64,000 bases of DNA from an uncultured Candidatus Saccharibacteria bacterium (GTDB taxonomy: Bacteria > Patescibacteriota > Minisyncoccia > Phycocordibacterales > UBA12088): the NCBI GenBank assembly GCA_964411375.1, contig CAYPKR010000001.1, positions 238,807 through 302,806 on the forward strand, read 5' to 3'. The translations under genes were made by a program, and so were the position numbers. Positions within the stretch are counted from its first letter, which is position 1; the number at the start of each line of letters is the position of its first letter. Shown here piece by piece: positions 57,277 to 64,000 of this stretch. Under the pieces are notes generated by a model that ran no database searches, was not told where the DNA came from, and worked only from the letters and a program-made list of their open reading frames with translations.

Positions 57277-57525
57277 TGCGTTTTTGAGTATAGCAAAGGG
57301 TCGATTTTTCGCAAGCAGTATAAAAAAGGATGACCCGCGTTTCGCGCGGGTCCATTCCACCGTCCTCACATGTAGGTTCTTGCCCAAGCGTCCATCTGAG
57401 CCTGATACAAAGCATCGAGGATTTTCCATGCCCTGTTTCGTTCTCGAAGCCAGAGGTAGACATCAACTCCGCTAAGGAGTATCGATACTCCAACAATCAG
57501 GAGAACAAACTCTCCGTCTGCCATC

Positions 57526-57900
57526 TCATTCCCTCGTCTCTGCAAGCTGACTGCAAAATCTCACAAGTGCTCGTCTGTGCTGCGGGCTGGGGATTTCCGT
57601 GAAATCAGCGAGAAGCCTCTTCAATTGTTGCTGATCTCCGGTCAGACCGCCTTTTGGCAATCCTTCGTAGAAATAACTTACCTCTACTCCAAGCGCATGT
57701 GCAATTATGAGCAAACGACCGACCGCAACTCGGTTGATACCCTTCTCATACTTGCACAGCTGTTGGTAGGAGACACCTATCAAATTTGCCAACATCTGTT
57801 GGCTAAGGCGTAGCTCTTTACGTCGCTGGCGTATGCGCACGGCGACATGCCGGTCCGCATCGTTGACCCTATGCTTAGTATCAGTAACCGTATCCGGCAT
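57526..57900 (-). CDS. XRE-family HTH transcriptional regulator, divergent from groES
   Basis: 124 aa; HTH_3 core LRLSQQMLANLIGVSYQQLCKYEKG. Confidence 0.75.
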   Translation of the reverse strand: MPDTVTDTKHRVNDADRHVAVRIRQRRKELRLSQQMLANLIGVSYQQLCKYEKGINRVAVGRLLIIAHALGVEVSYFYEGLPKGGLTGDQQQLKRLLADFTEIPSPQHRRALVRFCSQLAETRE

Positions 57901-58061
57901 CCGAACACCTCCCTCATGATGCTCTCAAAACTGAGGAGCATTACTTCCTGCACAAAACACTAAAAATACACTCGAGTCAATAGTATCGTTTACTCGGCTA
58001 CACTATAATGATGCCTTCACAATAATAATTTATTGGTAATCCCTCTTGGGGCACAAAATAT

Positions 58062-58445
58062 ATGAAAAAGAAATCAGTCAAAAAGGTCGCTAAAAAATCT
58101 GCTCCAAAAAAGAAAATAGTGGCAAAATCATCCACCGTTTCTCACCATTCGATCGGTATTCAACCACTCGGAGAAAAAGTACTCATCCGCCCATTCACCG
58201 AAGAAGAGATGGCAAAGAAATCTGCGTTCGGCATCATCATTCCTGATACTGCGGCAAAAGATAAGACCGATCGCGGAGAAGTTGTTGCAGTAGGAGAGGG
58301 ACATCGTGACGATAAGGGAGTCGTGCATCCGGTTCGCGTCAAAATCGGACAGAAAGTTCTCTTTCAGTGGGGCGACAAGATTGAATTTGAAGGCAAGGAA
58401 TATTTTTTGGTTTCAGAAAGCAATTTGATCGGCATAATCAAATAA
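58062..58445 (+). CDS. groES: Co-chaperonin GroES with ~30-aa Lys-rich N-terminal extension
   Basis: C-terminal 97 aa are canonical GroES (IQPLGEKVLIRP...); no internal Met, so the KKxK tail appears to be real. Confidence 0.85.
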   Translation: MKKKSVKKVAKKSAPKKKIVAKSSTVSHHSIGIQPLGEKVLIRPFTEEEMAKKSAFGIIIPDTAAKDKTDRGEVVAVGEGHRDDKGVVHPVRVKIGQKVLFQWGDKIEFEGKEYFLVSESNLIGIIK

Positions 58446-58451
58446 ATTTAG

Positions 58452-60128
<1,677 letters not shown>

Positions 60129-60157
60129 AAATTCCAAAAATAAAACATAAAAAGAGA

Positions 60158-60188
60158 ATCCCCGTGCGGCCTCTGGCCGCACGGGGAT
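60158..60188. terminator. GC hairpin aatccccgtgcggcc/ggccgcacggggatt between convergent groEL and the 60208 gene; U-tract on the minus side
   Basis: 15-bp perfect inverted repeat. Confidence 0.6.
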
Positions 60189-60207
60189 TTAGAACTCTGA
60201 GGCTCAG

Positions 60208-60798
60208 CTACCCGAAATTTAAGTAGACTGATACGCCGATGCTGAACGGGGTGTAATCGGTGGAATCCTTCGGCCATGGAACCGTTGGAGCAGTGTATTC
60301 CCACTTCGCTCGCTGATGTTCTGGATATCCGAAAGCGTACATGACGACGTACACATAATTCGGCCGGTAGCAGTTCGGCATGAACGTGGCGAGCATTGTG
60401 TCGTCAAACGTCGCCATCACATTCCACACCTCGCGACCTGTGTCTGCATGAAATTCCCAGTGGGGGTACGCATCCACACCGAAGCCCTGGATGTAGAGTC
60501 GAAGGCGATCACGCTCCTCGATCTCCCACTGATTCCGGGAGAAGCGGATAAAAACATCTTCCTTAAAGGCCTGCGCCATACTTGTGGGCATCCATCGTCC
60601 CACACTATGTTCCCAGTTGTCGGTCGTGAACGATGCGAGCTTTGCTTCGTTGCATCCGTTATCTGACAATGGCTTTGTCGGAGACTCATTGGTATTTGCA
60701 ACCGCTTCTACTATAAAAGGATTCGGAGTAGGTGCGTCATTATTACCTAGCGATGTACCAACAAGCAGCATGATGATACCGAAGATGGATGTACGCAT
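60208..60798 (-). CDS. Hypothetical secreted protein; first gene of a higher-GC island
   Basis: 196 aa; signal peptide. Confidence 0.4.
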   Translation of the reverse strand: MRTSIFGIIMLLVGTSLGNNDAPTPNPFIVEAVANTNESPTKPLSDNGCNEAKLASFTTDNWEHSVGRWMPTSMAQAFKEDVFIRFSRNQWEIEERDRLRLYIQGFGVDAYPHWEFHADTGREVWNVMATFDDTMLATFMPNCYRPNYVYVVMYAFGYPEHQRAKWEYTAPTVPWPKDSTDYTPFSIGVSVYLNFG

Positions 60799-60944
60799 CG
60801 AAGTTGTCCCGAGCTGTTATCCTATGCGGGTTGTACGCCTCAAATCAGGCTTTGTCAACTCATTTTTTACACCACATATTTTTAAAGCACGCAAATCTGC
60901 TTTATGGCAAAGTATCCGAAGTCTGTTCAACTATGTGAGGTCAC

Positions 60945-61529
60945 ATGCGACCAATGCTCTGTCTCCTCCCCTCGCTTCTTATCGGAAGTCAGGTGGAAGC
61001 GGCAACCTACCATCCTTTTGCCAAAGAGGGCGATGGAAAATATTCAAGCGGTATAGTCGTTTCCTCGCTTCGGGGAGACGGGGGTCAACTTCGAGTCACT
61101 TCCGACCAGTACGCGGTTGCCCTCAATCAAGCAAGTGGAGAAAATTATTCCGCGAGCGACTGGGCGCAGTTTTTCGCACAGGGTAAGGTGGTGTCATGCA
61201 CCGACAAACTTCTCTCTGGCGGGATTCAGCGTCTCGACAATGACAACAACGTCAGCGCCTGGAACCGTTCGTGTAAAGATGGCGAGCAAGTTCTCGTCGC
61301 TCTCGACAATACCGGACGCGAGGTCGGGTGGGTAAGTCTCTCTTGCCTGAACCCGATAATGCATGAAGTATCGGCTGTCCAAAAAAACTGCCGCATTCTA
61401 CCAACACCAGCCCCACCGAGCGGTGCGGCATGCGGAGTGGGAAGCGGTACGTACTATTTCGGGAACTACAGTGATGCTTGCGGAATGGCAGGCACTTCTC
61501 CAACAACTCCCGTAACGGTCTGTGACTAG
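60945..61529 (+). CDS. Hypothetical secreted Cys-rich protein
   Basis: 194 aa; signal peptide LLIGSQVEA. Confidence 0.4.
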   Translation: MRPMLCLLPSLLIGSQVEAATYHPFAKEGDGKYSSGIVVSSLRGDGGQLRVTSDQYAVALNQASGENYSASDWAQFFAQGKVVSCTDKLLSGGIQRLDNDNNVSAWNRSCKDGEQVLVALDNTGREVGWVSLSCLNPIMHEVSAVQKNCRILPTPAPPSGAACGVGSGTYYFGNYSDACGMAGTSPTTPVTVCD

Positions 61530-61544
61530 GAAGGAATCGGACTA

Positions 61545-62120
61545 ATGACAACGATGCCAAGATCTTTGATCGCGCTTTTCTTCCTCGCGCCGCTTCTTGC
61601 AAGCTGCATGGGGACGGACAGCCAAAGTATCTCACTGACACCCTCTCAGCATGTGGTCGCAGTAGTCACTACCGAACGGGGGATTACTGGCGCCGATGTC
61701 ACCGTCGTCAATCATTTTCAGTGCGGCAAGATGCCGGTGTGGAATGCTGAGCGACAAGCCTACCAGGTCACTGAAGAAGATACCTGCGTCGCTCTTGCAC
61801 CGTTTGCTGGAACAACGGCTGCGCCCTTCTCACAACTTGGCAATGCTGCGGTGACTGCCGTAGGTGAAGTGCTCGCGGCACGGCAGTTGCCTGGCGGAGG
61901 GGACACGAATGTAACGAGCGGCAGTTCCGCAGATGGCGGAGATGCCAATGCTTCGAACGAAAACAATAACTCCAATACTGCCCATGGTGGTAAGGGAGGT
62001 TCGGGCGGTTCGAGTCGTGTAGGTATTGATATCGACAATCGCGTTAGCGGGGGTGGGCGACACTGCGCCAATAAAAGATGCGGCGGAAGCCATCCTAATT
62101 GGGGGAAGCTGGGATCGTAA
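61545..62120 (+). CDS. Hypothetical lipoprotein (lipobox LLASC) with Gly/Asn/Ser-rich C-terminus
   Basis: 191 aa. Confidence 0.4.
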   Translation: MTTMPRSLIALFFLAPLLASCMGTDSQSISLTPSQHVVAVVTTERGITGADVTVVNHFQCGKMPVWNAERQAYQVTEEDTCVALAPFAGTTAAPFSQLGNAAVTAVGEVLAARQLPGGGDTNVTSGSSADGGDANASNENNNSNTAHGGKGGSGGSSRVGIDIDNRVSGGGRHCANKRCGGSHPNWGKLGS

Positions 62121-62271
62121 TAGATTTTCTTGATTGTGCTCGGAGCTGGCAACGGCTCCGAGCGTTTCTTTTTAAGATGGCAGCCATTGATTTTTTAACA
62201 AACTGTAGTATAAATCACCGAGAATCGTCTCTGCTACGCTGGCAGATATCCTTAGCAACGGAGTCTAAGCC

Positions 62272-62898
62272 ATGTTTCGCAACCTTGCTTGTCTTCTCTT
62301 CGCTTCCTGCGTGACAATCTCTGGTGCTGTCTCGGCAAGTAATTTGCCATGTGCTCAAGTCACCATTCCCGCGATGGAGCAATATCCATTTCACCCGGGT
62401 GACTGGGTTTCAAAAGTGTGTCAATTTGCTAAAGAAAACAACCTCTTGGCAAAGGGTATCGACACTATCGATCAATGCATCGATGCGACAAGATGCACGA
62501 TGTATCCCGATGCTACCCCAGCGGAATGGGAAAAATTGTCGGCAACGGTATTTCAGGATGGCCGTGAATACCCAATCGCGGTTGACCCCGATGCGGTGGA
62601 TGCATTCTTTAATGTAGCGTCTCAGCCTGATTCGCCCCCAGCAACAACTGATGCTTGGCGGAAGAATATAGAGGCGCGAATGACGCTTCTCGAAAACAAC
62701 TTCGTGGCTCTAAAGCAGTCGGCTAGAATTGACCCGAGCGTTCAAGGCAGACTTCTCGTTCTGGAGGCATTTAAAGTAGCTACCGAAAAACGTCTCGATC
62801 GGCAGGAGCTTTTCCTCTTAGTACTTCATAGTGAAGCTTGCAGGAGATCTCCCAGTTCAGAGGAATGCACTACTCCCGTCGACGCTCCGAGCAGTTAA
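62272..62898 (+). CDS. Hypothetical secreted protein (possible lipoprotein, LFASC)
   Basis: 208 aa. Confidence 0.4.
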   Translation: MFRNLACLLFASCVTISGAVSASNLPCAQVTIPAMEQYPFHPGDWVSKVCQFAKENNLLAKGIDTIDQCIDATRCTMYPDATPAEWEKLSATVFQDGREYPIAVDPDAVDAFFNVASQPDSPPATTDAWRKNIEARMTLLENNFVALKQSARIDPSVQGRLLVLEAFKVATEKRLDRQELFLLVLHSEACRRSPSSEECTTPVDAPSS

Positions 62899-63030
62899 AG
62901 TATGCTCAAGCTAGTATCATTACCCGAGGCGCGCTGCGCGCCTCGGGTATCTTTTTACAAATTTTTTGAGACTCTTCAAAAAACAAAAATCACTGGTATA
63001 ATACTGGTACTATTCTTAATATTTCATTCT

Positions 63031-63591
63031 ATGAGCCCTCTATACATAATTCTTGCCGTCGTCGTTCTCGCACTCCTTTGGGCGGTTATTGCCTACAACG
63101 GTTTCGTGCGGCTCGTAAATCGCACTAAGGAAGCGTGGGCAGACATCGATGTTCAACTCAAACGCCGGTATGATCTCATTCCTAATTTGGTAAATACGGT
63201 CAAAGGATATGCGACACATGAATCAGGTGCATTTGAAAAAGTAACTGAAGCACGTTCACGCGCAATGCAAGCATCAACGCCTGCAGAAAAAGGCGCCGCA
63301 GAAAATATGCTCTCCGGAACACTTAAATCACTCTTTGCAATTTCGGAAGCGTACCCTGATCTCAAAGCGAATCAGAATTTTCTTGCGCTTCAGAGTGAAC
63401 TCTCCGACACCGAAAATAAAATCCAGGCGGCAAGACGCTTTTATAACAGCAATGTCCGTGATCTCAACACCGCAATCGAATCATTTCCAGGAAATGTCAT
63501 TGCATCGAGTTTCCATTTTTCAAAAATGGATCTCTTCGAACTTGGCGATTCTGACGCAGCGGCAAAAAATCCAGTCGAGGTAAAATTCTAA
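63031..63591 (+). CDS. lemA: LemA family protein; ORF opens at 62902, start taken at MSPLYIIL before the TM
   Basis: N-terminal TM plus the LemA core NGFVRLVNRTKEAWADIDVQLKRRYDLIPNLV. Confidence 0.75.
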   Translation: MSPLYIILAVVVLALLWAVIAYNGFVRLVNRTKEAWADIDVQLKRRYDLIPNLVNTVKGYATHESGAFEKVTEARSRAMQASTPAEKGAAENMLSGTLKSLFAISEAYPDLKANQNFLALQSELSDTENKIQAARRFYNSNVRDLNTAIESFPGNVIASSFHFSKMDLFELGDSDAAAKNPVEVKF

Positions 63592-63626
63592 TCTCTTTGT
63601 TCGTTACTATTTCCGGATGATAATTC

Positions 63627-64000
63627 ATGGCAACACTCTACACCTACCAAGATAGGAATATTCGAAAAACGTGGACGCTTATGGCAGCGTTTCTCATTGT
63701 CGTAATTGCAATCGGTTACGCGTTTTCGTGGTACTACAACGATCAGATGATTCTCTACATCGCAATCATAATCGCAGTCGTCACGAACATCGGAAGCTAC
63801 TGGTTTTCAGACAAATTAGTTGTCGCAATGACTGGCGCGGTGCCTGCTGATCCTACTCGCTATCGCGATCTTCATAATATCGTTGAAAATCTTGCGATTA
63901 CTGCAGGACTTCCAAAACCAAAAGTCTACGTCGTTGAAGATCCCGCACCAAATGCATTTGCAACTGGACGCGACCCTGAACATGCGGTTGTGTGTGTTAC
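63627..64000 (+). CDS. htpX: HtpX-like M48 zinc metalloprotease, N-terminal part (truncated by the window end)
   Basis: Two N-terminal TM helices then DPAPNAFATG approaching the HEXXH region; classic LemA-HtpX pairing. Confidence 0.6.
   Translation, partial: MATLYTYQDRNIRKTWTLMAAFLIVVIAIGYAFSWYYNDQMILYIAIIIAVVTNIGSYWFSDKLVVAMTGAVPADPTRYRDLHNIVENLAITAGLPKPKVYVVEDPAPNAFATGRDPEHAVVCV

Noticed and set aside
57044-57496. 150-aa ORF upstream extension of secG
   Set aside because: Only the C-terminal 77 aa match SecG; the N-terminal part overlaps intergenic sequence with no coding signal.
57901-58061. CIRCE heat-shock operator upstream of groES
   Set aside because: Searched by eye for TTAGCACTC..GAGTGCTAA; not present.

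Overview
The window is a gene-dense (~85 to 90% coding), moderate-AT (~40% GC) bacterial chromosomal segment. Small-genome features (CCA-less tRNAs, many secreted hypothetical proteins, Fe-S-less DNA glycosylases, single-domain DUF proteins) suggest an uncultured lineage, possibly Patescibacteria/CPR-like (low confidence). Recognisable content: prkA; five tRNAs (two Thr, Asp, Met, Gln) and tmRNA (ssrA) next to smpB; prfB; ftsE-ftsX-pyrG; a run of stand-alone accessory genes (DUF1428, DUF1801, VOC, DHFR-like, YbjQ, DUF1697, pyrimidine-dimer glycosylase-like); a putative efflux cluster (ABC-F, heterodimeric ABC exporter, MFS); two SET-domain proteins flanking an alkyltransferase-like protein; dgkA, pgl, arsR, gdh; an ECF sigma module with cupredoxin and GH18; homospermidine synthase; a LacD-like aldolase; a base-excision-repair cluster; RNase J; secG; groES-groEL; a higher-GC island of secreted proteins; lemA and htpX. 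The main novel signal is a family of four related short elements in the 3' flank of every minus-strand tRNA/tmRNA gene. Two copies are bounded by exact direct repeats of the tRNA 3' end, and two carry a near-identical 44-nt core with compensatory hairpin substitutions. No CRISPR arrays, rRNA or transposase genes were seen.
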